Of a stretch of DNA of 64,000 nt, positions 1 through 9,212 are shown in pieces; the first letter of the stretch is position 1; every line of letters starts with the position of its first letter. The notes under the pieces are model-generated. The model was not told where the DNA came from and searched no databases. It saw only the letters and a list, made by a program, of their open reading frames with translations. The stretch is from the NCBI GenBank assembly GCA_038154245.1, contig JAYOZP010000008.1, positions 1,831 through 65,830 on the forward strand. Direction: 5' to 3'. Both the position numbers and the translations under genes were made by a program. Source of the DNA: Nitrospinales bacterium (lineage in GTDB: Bacteria > Nitrospinota > Nitrospinia > Nitrospinales > JAJDAT01).

Positions 1-139
1 TTCTATCCGACTTTTTACAGAAAGGATCGCAGAACTTTTGTTAAAAGGTCAGAACTTGCCGGATCCAATGGCTGATAATAATGAGGAATCTGATGCAGCT
101 ATTCCTTCAGAAGAAAATGCCGAGCCGGTAGCCAATTAA
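1..139 (+). CDS. rpsB: 30S ribosomal protein S2, C-terminal end (gene starts upstream of window)
   Basis: Frame 2 is open from the window edge to TAA at 137-139. It reads SIRLFTERIAELLLKGQ plus an acidic tail, which is S2-like. It lies directly upstream of tsf, as in the conserved rpsB-tsf pair. Confidence 0.7.
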   Translation, partial: SIRLFTERIAELLLKGQNLPDPMADNNEESDAAIPSEENAEPVAN

Positions 140-157
140 GAGAATTTCAAATAAAAA

Positions 158-200
158 CGCAGAGCTTCGTTTTAAACTAAAAAGTTAAACGAAGCTCGCG
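158..200 (+). terminator. Strong stem-loop after rpsB; possible terminator/attenuator between rpsB and tsf
   Basis: cgcagagcttcgttttaaac and gttaaacgaagctcgcg are near-perfect reverse complements (about 17 bp, two bulges) around the loop taaaaa. No clear U-tract follows. Confidence 0.35.
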
Positions 201-413
201 TAATCAATAATTTGAAAACTTGGAACACCCTTAAGTAAATCATAAATTTAAGCCTATTTTTGACGACTTTAAGGTTCCGCTCTATTTTCTTTAGGTTTTA
301 TAACTCGCTAAGAAGATACCGCTTGCCAAGTTCTACCTCTTAATTAAATCGAAACTAAAAGTTAAAAAACCAACGCCGAACAATTCGGCTGAACAGTAAA
401 GAAGAGGAATCTG

Positions 414-1007
414 ATGGAAATTACCGCAACAATGGTTAAAGAACTTCGAGAAAAATCTGGTGCTGGCATTATGGAATGCAAGCAAGCCCTGAAAGAAAAC
501 GAAGGAGATATTGAAGGGGCAATCACTTTTTTGCGAAAAAAAGGATTAGCCAAGGCTGATAAGAAAGGCGACAGGGAAGCTTCGGAAGGAGCTATTGGAA
601 CCTACATACACGCCGGCGCAAAGGTTGGCGTAATGGTTAAATTGCATTGCGAAACAGATTTTGTCGCCAACACTCAGGACTTTAAAGATTTAATCAAAGA
701 TATTGGAATGCACGTTGCCGCATCTAAACCAAGATTCATCTCAAGAGAACAAGTTACCGATGAAATTTTGGAAAAAGAAAAAGAAATATTCGCCCATCAA
801 GCTCGAGAATCTGGAAAACCAGAGAAAATTATCGATAAAATTGTCAGCGGAAAAATGGAAAAGTTTTACGAAGAAAATTGTTTGCTGGATCAAGCCTTTG
901 TAAAAGATCCAGAAAGCTCTGTACAAGACGTAATTAAACAAAAAATTGCTAAACTGGGGGAAAATATCATCGTTGGAGACTTTACCCGATTCGAAATTGG
1001 TGGTTGA
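414..1007 (+). CDS. tsf: Translation elongation factor Ts (short form)
   Basis: N-terminal UBA-like [24 protein letters not shown]; TDFVA motif; follows rpsB. Confidence 0.95.
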   Translation: MEITATMVKELREKSGAGIMECKQALKENEGDIEGAITFLRKKGLAKADKKGDREASEGAIGTYIHAGAKVGVMVKLHCETDFVANTQDFKDLIKDIGMHVAASKPRFISREQVTDEILEKEKEIFAHQARESGKPEKIIDKIVSGKMEKFYEENCLLDQAFVKDPESSVQDVIKQKIAKLGENIIVGDFTRFEIGG

Positions 1008-1740
1008 TAAAGAAACGAAAGCCCAAAAGTCAATATACCGCAGAGTCCTGTTAAAGCTCAGTGGAGAAATTCTTGCCGAGCAAGACGGGGCTTTCGGTAT
1101 TGATCAAGAAGCGCTTGAAGGAATTGCCTCTGAAATTATAGAAGCTAAAAACTTAGGAGTCGAAATTGCCATTGTAATTGGCGGTGGAAATATTCTAAGA
1201 GGGGCTACCTTTAGCGCCCTTGGAATGGAACGCGTAACCGCCGACCATATGGGAATGCTGGCGACAGTTATAAATGCCTTGGCTTTACAACACGCTTTGG
1301 AGAGCTCTGGTATTTCAACTCGCGTTCAAACAGCTTTAGAGATACACAAATTAGCGGAACCTTATATTCGGCGCCGCGCAGTTCGCCATCTTCAAAAGGG
1401 AAGAGTCGTGATATTTGCGGCTGGTACGGGAAATCCTTATTTTACTACCGACACCGCCGCTTCTTTACGCGCTGTCGAAGTTGAGGCGGAGGTTATTTTT
1501 AAAGCAACAAAGGTCGATGGAGTTTATTCGGCTGACCCTATGAAGGATGCCAGCGCAGTAAAATACGATTCTTTGTCTTATATTGAAGTTTTGCAAAAAG
1601 GATTGAAGGTAATGGATTCCACCTCTGTTTCTCTTTGCATGGATAATAAAATGCCGCTTGTCGTTTTTAACGTCCGCCAAAAAGGAAGCATAAAAAGAGT
1701 ATTACTTGGCGAAAAAATTGGCACCGTTGTGGGAGTATAA
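946..1740 (+). CDS. pyrH: UMP kinase
   Basis: [18 protein letters not shown] and FTTDTAA motifs. The track start at 946 is a TTG that overlaps tsf by 62 nt. In-frame TTG 997 or GTG 1000 would give a more typical N-terminus. Confidence 0.92.
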   Translation: MLNWGKISSLETLPDSKLVVDKETKAQKSIYRRVLLKLSGEILAEQDGAFGIDQEALEGIASEIIEAKNLGVEIAIVIGGGNILRGATFSALGMERVTADHMGMLATVINALALQHALESSGISTRVQTALEIHKLAEPYIRRRAVRHLQKGRVVIFAAGTGNPYFTTDTAASLRAVEVEAEVIFKATKVDGVYSADPMKDASAVKYDSLSYIEVLQKGLKVMDSTSVSLCMDNKMPLVVFNVRQKGSIKRVLLGEKIGTVVGV

Positions 1741-1743
1741 TTT

Positions 1744-2298
1744 ATGATCGACGCCTATATCGAAGAAGCCTCAACTAAAATGCAGCAATCCATTTCCCAT
1801 CTTCAAAAGGAGTTGGGGAAACTAAGAACTGGACAAGCTTCTTTAGCGCTTATTGACGACCTAAAGGTTGATTATTACGGCAACCCAACTCCAATAGCTC
1901 AGGTTGGCACTCTTGGAGTTCCGGATAGCCAAACTATTACTATACAACCCTGGGACTCTTCGGTTCTAAAAGATATCGAAAAATGTATTCAAGCTTCCGA
2001 CTTAGGATTAACTCCTAATAATGATGGAAAACTAATAAGATTGAATATTCCCCCTCTTACTGGAGAAAGACGTCAACAATTAGTAAAAATTCTCAAAAAA
2101 ATCGTCGAAGAAGGTAAAGTAGCCGCCAGAAATATCAGGCGAGATTATAACGATAAGATTAAAGGCTTGGAAAAAGAAAGTTATTCCAAAGATGATTGCA
2201 AAAAAGGTCAGGATAAATTGCAGGAAAAAACTGATAAAATAATTGCCGAAATGGAAAAACTTGGAGCGACTAAAGAAAAAGATATTCTAGATGTTTAA
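1744..2298 (+). CDS. frr: Ribosome recycling factor
   Basis: Full-length RRF-like sequence (LRTGQASLALIDDLKVDYYG, PPLTGERRQQLVK) in the pyrH-frr order. Confidence 0.95.
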   Translation: MIDAYIEEASTKMQQSISHLQKELGKLRTGQASLALIDDLKVDYYGNPTPIAQVGTLGVPDSQTITIQPWDSSVLKDIEKCIQASDLGLTPNNDGKLIRLNIPPLTGERRQQLVKILKKIVEEGKVAARNIRRDYNDKIKGLEKESYSKDDCKKGQDKLQEKTDKIIAEMEKLGATKEKDILDV

Positions 2299-2450
2299 AA
2301 AAAATTTAAATCTAAAAAATTTTAACTAATATTTTCAGCATAGAAGACTCAGTTATAAAAGACTCCCTTAGTTCTTAAAAATCATTATATAATTGGGTTA
2401 ATTGACGCGAACCATATCTTCAATATATAACTAATAATCCCAAAGACTAA

Positions 2451-3239
2451 ATGTCCTCTACCCAACCCGAATTACTTGAAAAGATTGATCGGGCACGGTT
2501 GCCCAGACATGTGGCCGTTATTATGGACGGTAATGGTCGTTGGGCAAAGAAAAATCTGTTGGCCCGAGTGCAAGGACACCGGGAGGGCGTGAAAACCGTC
2601 GACCGAATTGTTACCCTCAGTTGTAAGTTAAATTTAGAAGCCCTTACCCTTTATTCTTTTTCCGACGAAAACTGGAACCGACCCGATGCGGAAATAAAAG
2701 CTCTTCTTAAAATACTCGACCAATACCTAAGAAAAGAATTAGAGCGAATGCAAAAAGAAAATATTCGCTTTAACACCATTGGCCGCATTGAAGAGTTCCC
2801 CAACCCTATTCAAGAATTAATTGCGGACGTAAAAAACCAAACTAAAGGGAACACAGGACTGGTTCTAACTCTAGCTCTAAGCTACGGCAGCCAACAAGAA
2901 ATCTTAGATACCGTTAGAAAAATAGCGTTTAAAGTTAGCGAGGGTAGTTTGCGCCCCGAAGATATCGATTCGGACCTTTTTAAAAGTTTTCTATACACCC
3001 GCGACCTCCCGAATCCAGATTTACTGATTCGAACTAGCGGCGAAAGGCGAATCAGCAATTTCCTACTCTATCAAATCGCATATACCGAACTTCATTACAC
3101 CGACGTTTTTTGGCCAGATTTTAGTGAAAATGATTTTTTAAATGCCTTAATTGAATACCAAGGTCGCGAAAGACGATTCGGTAAAACTCAAGAACAAATA
3201 TTAAAAGAAAGTTCCTTGATGAAATCGGCAAATGCATAA
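2451..3239 (+). CDS. uppS: Undecaprenyl diphosphate synthase (cis-isoprenyl transferase)
   Basis: HVAVIMDGNGRWA and RTSGERRISNFLLYQIAYTEL signatures. Confidence 0.93.
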   Translation: MSSTQPELLEKIDRARLPRHVAVIMDGNGRWAKKNLLARVQGHREGVKTVDRIVTLSCKLNLEALTLYSFSDENWNRPDAEIKALLKILDQYLRKELERMQKENIRFNTIGRIEEFPNPIQELIADVKNQTKGNTGLVLTLALSYGSQQEILDTVRKIAFKVSEGSLRPEDIDSDLFKSFLYTRDLPNPDLLIRTSGERRISNFLLYQIAYTELHYTDVFWPDFSENDFLNALIEYQGRERRFGKTQEQILKESSLMKSANA

Positions 3240-3349
3240 TCATTGGAACGTTCCGGACGACGTCGTTTTGATTTGGTAGATATGTCTCCTAAAAGTTCAT
3301 TTCGCATTGTGTATTACCGTTTTCTTGAGGTCGTTAAGAGGTCGAGCTT

Positions 3350-4141
3350 TTGAAACGCGTTTTAAGCGGGGTGGTTTTTCTCCCGATTTTTTTTGCTATC
3401 GTTTATTGGGCTCCTCCCTACGTTTTTTTTCTATTAGCCGCTACCGCTTCTGTTATTGGTTGCTATGAGTTTTTTCAAATGGCTTCCCATATGGGAGTTC
3501 ACGGATTTCATAAAACCGGCATGGTCATGTCTTTTCTATTATGCCTTGGTTTTTATTTTGATCCTGGCTTAGCCTTCCCCATAATTTGCTTATCTCTTTT
3601 AGCCGCTTGCTTAACTTGGCTTATTACCGAAAAAAATATTAAAGTCGCAGCGGACCAGATTGCCTACACCCTTTTTGGAATAATCTTTGTCGCCGGGTTG
3701 CTGGGGCATTTTATTTTAATTAGAAACCTAGAAGCAGGAAGAGCTCTTATTTTTTTTAGTATCGCCATCGTTTGGGCGGGCGACACCGCCGCATACTATG
3801 GAGGTAGAGCATTTGGTAAAAGACCTTTGGCCTACATAGTCAGCCCAAAAAAAACTGTGGAAGGATCTTTTTTTGGCCTATTAGGAAGTCTTCTAGCCGG
3901 ACTCATAGCTAATTTAGTATTTACCATCGATATCCCTCTAAACCATTGTTTGATTATGGCGTTATTTTGCGGTATGATCGGACAATTCGGGGATTTAACC
4001 GAATCTATGATGAAACGAAACGCTGGAGTAAAAGATTCCGGTCAATTAATACCGGGTCACGGTGGGATTTTGGATCGCGTAGATGGCTTAATGTTTGGCG
4101 GACCTTTTTTCTACTATTACTACACGTATATAGTTGGTTAA
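3350..4141 (+). CDS. cdsA: Phosphatidate cytidylyltransferase
   Basis: Multi-TM protein with SMMKRNAGVKDSGQLIPGHGGILDRVDG (CDS signature). TTG start. Confidence 0.9.
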   Translation: MKRVLSGVVFLPIFFAIVYWAPPYVFFLLAATASVIGCYEFFQMASHMGVHGFHKTGMVMSFLLCLGFYFDPGLAFPIICLSLLAACLTWLITEKNIKVAADQIAYTLFGIIFVAGLLGHFILIRNLEAGRALIFFSIAIVWAGDTAAYYGGRAFGKRPLAYIVSPKKTVEGSFFGLLGSLLAGLIANLVFTIDIPLNHCLIMALFCGMIGQFGDLTESMMKRNAGVKDSGQLIPGHGGILDRVDGLMFGGPFFYYYYTYIVG

Positions 4142-4211
4142 TCTCCCTCTAACCGTTGGCTCTTTCTTTTAAAGCCGACGATAATCATTTCCAAGAAACC
4201 GGAAAATCGCT

Positions 4212-5363
4212 ATGAAAAAGATTTCCGTCCTCGGCTCCACCGGGTCGATAGGGGTTAATACTCTCGATGTTGCGAAGAGAAACCCTAACCAATTTAAAAT
4301 AATTGCTCTAGCTGGCGGCAGCAATATAGAAGTTCTAGCCGATCAAATAAATGAATTCCAGCCTAAGCTTGTATCCGTTTTAAATTCTGAAAATATTGAT
4401 CCTCTAAAAAAAGCTATCAAAGGAACTTCTCCGGAAATTTTGGCCGGGGAAGAAGGAGCGATTGCAGTCGCATCGATGGATGATGTAGATATGGTTGTTT
4501 CCGCGATTGTTGGAGGGGCTGGTTTGGCTCCAACTTTTGCAGCAATTCAAAACGGTAAAGACATCGCTTTAGCAAATAAAGAAACGCTTGTCATTGCGGG
4601 CGAAGTTGTTCTAAAAGCGGCTAAGGGAAAATGTGAAATTATTCCCGTCGATAGCGAACACAGCGCAATTCTTCAAGCTCTAAACGGAGAAAACCAAAAA
4701 CGCATCAAAAAAATAATCTTAACCGCTTCTGGCGGACCGTTTCGTACATACACTTTAGACCAGATGGAAGAAATCACGGTCAGTCAAGCGCTTAATCATC
4801 CCAATTGGTCTATGGGAGCGAAAATCACGATTGATTCCGCTACCATGATGAACAAAGGCTTGGAATACATCGAAGCTAAATGGCTTTTTGGTCTTGATAC
4901 CCCGGTGGAAATTGTCGTCCACCCACAGAGCATAATCCATTCTATGGTGGAATTTACGGACACATCCATAATGGCTCAATTAGGTCTCCCAGATATGCGA
5001 GTGCCAATTGCTTACGCTATGTCTTATCCAGATCGCTTTGAAGCGGATCTTCCATCCTTAGATTTTGCTCAATTATCTCGGTTGGATTTCGAAGCTCCCG
5101 ATTTCGAAAAATTTCCATGTCTTAAACTAGCGTTCCGCGCTTTGGAAACCGGTCACACCATGCCCGCAATCCTAAACGCCGCAAACGAAATCGCCGTTCA
5201 AGGATTTTTAGACGAAAGAATCGCTTTTAAAGAAATTCCAGAAATCATCAAATCCACGATGGACAACCACCAATGCAAACCCGTTAATAACATCGACGAC
5301 GTTTTAGAAGCGGACCGATGGGCGCGAGAAGAAGCGACTAAACTTTTAGCGGTGCCTCATTAA
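4212..5363 (+). CDS. dxr: 1-deoxy-D-xylulose 5-phosphate reductoisomerase
   Basis: GSTGSIG N-terminus; LANKE, DSEHSA and NHPNWSMG motifs. Confidence 0.95.
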   Translation: MKKISVLGSTGSIGVNTLDVAKRNPNQFKIIALAGGSNIEVLADQINEFQPKLVSVLNSENIDPLKKAIKGTSPEILAGEEGAIAVASMDDVDMVVSAIVGGAGLAPTFAAIQNGKDIALANKETLVIAGEVVLKAAKGKCEIIPVDSEHSAILQALNGENQKRIKKIILTASGGPFRTYTLDQMEEITVSQALNHPNWSMGAKITIDSATMMNKGLEYIEAKWLFGLDTPVEIVVHPQSIIHSMVEFTDTSIMAQLGLPDMRVPIAYAMSYPDRFEADLPSLDFAQLSRLDFEAPDFEKFPCLKLAFRALETGHTMPAILNAANEIAVQGFLDERIAFKEIPEIIKSTMDNHQCKPVNNIDDVLEADRWAREEATKLLAVPH

Positions 5364-5374
5364 TCGATTAGTTC

Positions 5375-5863
5375 ATGTTTAGAATTGGCAACGGATACGA
5401 CGTTCACCGACTAGTTTCAGGACGAAAACTAATTATCGGAGGAGTTGAAATTCCTCATTCTTTGGGTCTGGACGGCCATTCCGACGCCGACGTTTTACTT
5501 CACGCCATTTGCGACGCTTTGCTTGGAGCCTGCGGAGCAGGGGACATTGGCCAATACTTCCCAGACACAGATCCCCAATGGAAGGGCGTTTCCAGCGTTC
5601 TTCTTCTAGAAAAAGTTGGAGACATCTGCAATGAAAAAGGATTTAAGATTTCCAACATAGATTCCATCGTCGTTGCCCAAAAACCCAAATTATCGCCTCA
5701 CATGCAATCGATGAAATACAATATTAGAACTGCATTAGGCCTGGACGAAGACCGGGTAAACGTTAAAGCGACAACCACGGAAAAATTAGGTTTTGAAGGA
5801 AACGAGGAAGGTATTTCGGCGCACGCAATTGCGTTGTTAGAAAAAAATTCAAACGAATTCTAA
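5375..5863 (+). CDS. ispF: 2-C-methyl-D-erythritol 2,4-cyclodiphosphate synthase
   Basis: [10 protein letters not shown] and [11 protein letters not shown] motifs. The length is typical of monofunctional IspF. Confidence 0.95.
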   Translation: MFRIGNGYDVHRLVSGRKLIIGGVEIPHSLGLDGHSDADVLLHAICDALLGACGAGDIGQYFPDTDPQWKGVSSVLLLEKVGDICNEKGFKISNIDSIVVAQKPKLSPHMQSMKYNIRTALGLDEDRVNVKATTTEKLGFEGNEEGISAHAIALLEKNSNEF

Positions 5864-5865
5864 AA

Positions 5866-6465
5866 TCATTCCATCTCCCTGCGGCCTTCGAGGGATTTTA
5901 ATAAAGTAACAGGATCTGCGTACTCCAGATCGGCCCCCACAGGCAAACCGCGCGCGATACGAGTGACCTTCACTCCCAACGGTTTTAATATCCGGGCAAG
6001 ATAAACCGCAGTCGATTCGCCTTCCATATTCGGATTGGTGGCCACAATCACTTCTTTAACGCCGCCCGCTTCAATTCTTAATTTCAAAGCGTCAATTGTA
6101 AGATCGTCTGGACCGATTCCATCTAAAGGAGAAATAGCGCCCATCAAAACATGGTAAGTACCGCGATACTCGCCAACATTTTCTAAAACAAAAACATCGT
6201 AAGGTTCCTCCACAACACATATCGAATCAGAAACTCGGGAAGGATCGGAACAAACATTACAAGTTTCGTTTTCTGAAATTCCATGACAAATAGCGCATAG
6301 AATAATCTTCTCTTTTACGTTCATTATGGACTTTGCCAAACGCTCGGTCTGATCTTTTGATCTGCGCATCAAAAAAAACGACAGTCTTTCAGCCGTTTTC
6401 TGGCCTATTCCAGGCAACTTTTTGAGTTCAGTGATGAGTTCCGAAACCGATTCTGGGCGTTTCAC
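5866..6465 (-). CDS. recR: Recombination protein RecR
   Basis: HhH N-terminus (LPGIGQKTAERL), Cys4 zinc finger (CAICHG...CNVC) and a Toprim region. Confidence 0.95.
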   Translation of the reverse strand: MKRPESVSELITELKKLPGIGQKTAERLSFFLMRRSKDQTERLAKSIMNVKEKIILCAICHGISENETCNVCSDPSRVSDSICVVEEPYDVFVLENVGEYRGTYHVLMGAISPLDGIGPDDLTIDALKLRIEAGGVKEVIVATNPNMEGESTAVYLARILKPLGVKVTRIARGLPVGADLEYADPVTLLKSLEGRREME

Positions 6466-6510
6466 AAATTAGGTAGGAAGGAAAAAGGGATTATTCGACT
6501 AATGCGAAAC

Positions 6511-6831
6511 TTAGCTGAACAATCCAGGGATTTTTAGGCCGCCGGTTAATTTAGACATTTCGGCTTGGGATAATTCTTTTACTTTTCTGTTCGCTTCATT
6601 GACCGCTCCAATAATTAAATCTTCCAAAACTTCGCGATCCTGCATGTTGATCAACTCATCGTCTATCTTAACCGACAAAATTTCGTTGAGACCGTTAGCC
6701 GTAACGCTGACCATACCGCCGCCGACGGAAACTTCTACTTTTTTTTGACCAAGTTCGTTTTGGACCTCGGCCATTTTTGCTTGCATCTCTTGGGCCTGCT
6801 TAAAAATACCGCCCAAACCTTTATTCAACAT
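6511..6831 (-). CDS. ybaB: Nucleoid-associated protein YbaB/EbfC
   Basis: GGIFKQAQEMQAKM N-terminus and about 106 aa, located between dnaX and recR. Confidence 0.9.
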   Translation of the reverse strand: MLNKGLGGIFKQAQEMQAKMAEVQNELGQKKVEVSVGGGMVSVTANGLNEILSVKIDDELINMQDREVLEDLIIGAVNEANRKVKELSQAEMSKLTGGLKIPGLFS

Positions 6832-6858
6832 CTTAAATCCAATTTAAAATTTGTAGGC

Positions 6859-8547
6859 TTATCGAATAACCTTACCGCCAAAAATATCCAGAGCGTCTTG
6901 GATGATCTGAATATCGTTTTGGTAACTACCTCCATTATATTCCTTTAATTCGCCGTTGTCCCCATCAATATTTGGGGTCGCTACGGGTTCTTCAACTTTT
7001 AGAGTTTTTTTTTCAACCAACTCAAGGTTAATCGCAGATCCAAAAAACTTACCCACAGATTCTTTAATCAAATCAAAATTAGAAGGGTCTTTAATTCGTT
7101 GAAAGGTCATCGAGTCGCCCACGTTGATAGTAAGCTTAGCGGGAGATTCGAATTCAGCTCGGCAGGAACCTAAATAAAGTTTAAAATTCGGCTTCTTTTT
7201 ACAAACATCGGCAACAGCTTCGCGCCATCTCGATTCCCAATCGTCAATTTTTGGGGCCGACTTAAGCGATTCCGCAGGCTCTTCGACTCTATCGGCCACA
7301 GGCTCGGACTTAATCTCCGCCGGTTCAGAGTTTGGCTGAGATGGAACCGGTTTCGCTGGCGGTTGACTTACCGGCGCAGTCTGAACGCTTGGCGCTGGAG
7401 AGGGCAAATCATCTTCCATTTGATTAATCTGCTCGATCATTGCTCCAATATCGTGGTAAGGCCGGACGTCTGTTAAACGAATCGCCGCCATTTCGAATAT
7501 GAGTTGTGGCAACGGACTTCGCCGCATATCTTCTTCCGCTTTAGCCAAAACCGAGAACGCTTGTCGGAGTCGGTCCGTTTCCAATTTCTCGGCGAGCGCT
7601 TTAACCTCGGAAGTGTCGCGACCCGAAGCGTTAGACAAAATCTCCGCTTTTGCGCCGGATTGTATCAAAATCAAATCTCGCACAAATTCCATCAGGTCGC
7701 GGCAAAAAATATTGAGATCTTTTCCCGACCGAACGATTTCTTGAATCTGCTCGATCAAACCCGGAGCGTTGCCATCGGCCAAGTTTTTGCAAAACCTCTC
7801 CAAAACATCTTGAGATACCGCTCCTAAAACCGTTTCGACCGCTTCGGAATTGATTTCCGATCCACAAAATGCAATGGCCTGGTCCAAAAAACTCTGCGAG
7901 TCGCGCATACTGCCGCCGCCGCTTTTCGCGATTTGTCGTAAACTGGTGGGATCGACCGAAATACCTTCCTCTTTACAAATCAAACCCAACTGCTCGGCAA
8001 CTTGTTCTCGGGATAGGGCCTTGTATTCAAAACATTGGCACCGGGAAAGGATCGTTTCCGGAATTTTTATCAATTCAGTGGTGGCAAAAATAAAGACCAC
8101 TTTCGGAGGAGGCTCTTCCAGAGTTTTCAAAAGAGCGTTGAACGCGCTCTTCGAAAGCATGTGAACTTCGTCGATCACATAGACTTTATAGCGACAAGAA
8201 GTGGCCGAATATTTCACTTTTTCAATCAGTTCTCGAACTTCGGCGACGCCGTTGTTGGACGCCCCGTCGATTTCCGTAACGTCCATACTGCGTCCCATTT
8301 TGATCTCTTCGCAGTTGACGCAATTGTCGCAAGGTTCAACAGCGGGACCTTTTTCACAGTTCAACGCTTTGGCAAATACCCTAGCCGTCGTGGTTTTTCC
8401 AACGCCGCGCGCGCCAGAGAATAAGTAGGCGTGCGCTACACGATCAGATTTAATTGCGTTTTGCAGAGTACGGATAATCGGTTCCTGTCCGACCATTTGG
8501 GCGAACTTTTGAGGTCGCCATTTAAGAGCGGAAACCTGAAAATCCAT
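6859..8547 (-). CDS. dnaX: DNA polymerase III subunit gamma/tau
   Basis: Walker A GARGVGKTT, DEVHML, a zinc module CDNCVNC, and the SRC sensor motif. Confidence 0.93.
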   Translation of the reverse strand: MDFQVSALKWRPQKFAQMVGQEPIIRTLQNAIKSDRVAHAYLFSGARGVGKTTTARVFAKALNCEKGPAVEPCDNCVNCEEIKMGRSMDVTEIDGASNNGVAEVRELIEKVKYSATSCRYKVYVIDEVHMLSKSAFNALLKTLEEPPPKVVFIFATTELIKIPETILSRCQCFEYKALSREQVAEQLGLICKEEGISVDPTSLRQIAKSGGGSMRDSQSFLDQAIAFCGSEINSEAVETVLGAVSQDVLERFCKNLADGNAPGLIEQIQEIVRSGKDLNIFCRDLMEFVRDLILIQSGAKAEILSNASGRDTSEVKALAEKLETDRLRQAFSVLAKAEEDMRRSPLPQLIFEMAAIRLTDVRPYHDIGAMIEQINQMEDDLPSPAPSVQTAPVSQPPAKPVPSQPNSEPAEIKSEPVADRVEEPAESLKSAPKIDDWESRWREAVADVCKKKPNFKLYLGSCRAEFESPAKLTINVGDSMTFQRIKDPSNFDLIKESVGKFFGSAINLELVEKKTLKVEEPVATPNIDGDNGELKEYNGGSYQNDIQIIQDALDIFGGKVIR

Positions 8548-8605
8548 AACGGGAAAGAATTCGGGAAGAAAAAACTAAAAAGGATTTATTTTGACTGTTC
8601 AAACT

Positions 8606-8726
8606 TAAAGGCAGAATTGCTGGGGAATCTCACAGCGCACAAAACGGATTGCTGCCGCTGCTTCCTTCCGGACCTGACGGGGTTCACAAAGGTCTCGCCG
8701 CGCGAGGCCCAACAAAACTGCCAAAT
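8606..8726 (-). ncRNA. ffs: Signal recognition particle RNA (small, 4.5S-type)
   Basis: The minus strand reads ...GUCAGGUCCGGAAGGAAGCAGC..., the conserved SRP domain IV motif. It is embedded in a long hairpin closed by GGCAG (8718-8722) and CUGCC (8610-8614). It lies immediately upstream of dnaX, a common synteny. Confidence 0.8.
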
Positions 8727-8802
8727 ACAGTCAGTCGATTGAATTAGGGACAAATTATCATATCCCGCATCCACAATCTACTGAAAATATTTTGGGGAAG
8801 GC

Positions 8803-9159
8803 TCAACGTTTTGTTTTTGATTTAGGAATTTTCTTTTTAACCCTCTTTAATTCTTTACGAATTGTTTTAGTTTTCATATGTTGGTTACCAAAAGCTCTTT
8901 CTAATATTTTTAAAGCTTCTTCATAGAGCGGTTCAGCTTCTGAAAAACGTCCTTGGTCTTTATATAGATTTGCTAAGTTGCCTAGGGAAGTAGCCATCAT
9001 TGAATGCTCTTCTCCTAATAACTTTTTATCCAATTTTAAAGTTTCCTTAAAGAGCTTTTCAGCTTCTGAATAACGTTTTTGGTTTTTATATAGATTTGCT
9101 AAGTTGCCTAGGGAAGTAGCCATCATTGAATGCTCTTCTCCTAATAACTTTTTATCCAA
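8803..9159 (-). CDS. TPR-repeat fragment; out-of-frame continuation of the upstream TIR-NB-ARC-TPR gene
   Basis: 42-aa TPR units (ATSLGNLANLYKNQKRYSEAEKLFKETLKLDKKLLGEEHSMM). This frame is open upstream to 9255 and overlaps the end of the 754-aa ORF. Confidence 0.6.
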   Translation of the reverse strand: MDKKLLGEEHSMMATSLGNLANLYKNQKRYSEAEKLFKETLKLDKKLLGEEHSMMATSLGNLANLYKDQGRFSEAEPLYEEALKILERAFGNQHMKTKTIRKELKRVKKKIPKSKTKR

Positions 9160-9212
9160 TTTTAAAGTTTCCTTAAAGAGCTTTTCAGCTTCTGAATAAC
9201 GTTTTTGGTTTT
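8961..9212. repeat. Perfect 126-bp tandem duplication (2 copies), one TPR unit each
   Basis: 8961-9086 and 9087-9212 are identical base for base. Diverged further copies flank them. Confidence 0.95.

Noticed and set aside
946-999. N-terminal 18-codon extension of pyrH overlapping tsf
   Set aside because: The extension (TTG start) is not similar to UMP kinases and overlaps tsf by 62 nt. In-frame TTG 997 / GTG 1000 give a typical N-terminus. The track coordinates are kept in the feature table with this caveat.
7005-7013. A9 run (T9 on the plus strand) in dnaX as a tau/gamma frameshift site
   Set aside because: It lies only about 55 codons before the stop, far downstream of where gamma is produced in E. 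coli. It is also not the A AAA AAG heptamer in the correct frame context.
7499-8428. Several 74-129-aa plus-strand ORFs inside dnaX
   Set aside because: They are entirely nested antisense to a well-conserved dnaX frame and have Arg/Ser-rich, low-information sequences.
8961-9212. Possible CRISPR or non-coding tandem array (126-bp repeats; also the 27-bp repeats at 38165-38258)
   Set aside because: The repeats are contiguous with no spacers. Their periods are multiples of three, and they translate into TPR units and a PFPFPEDPF peptide repeat inside long ORFs.
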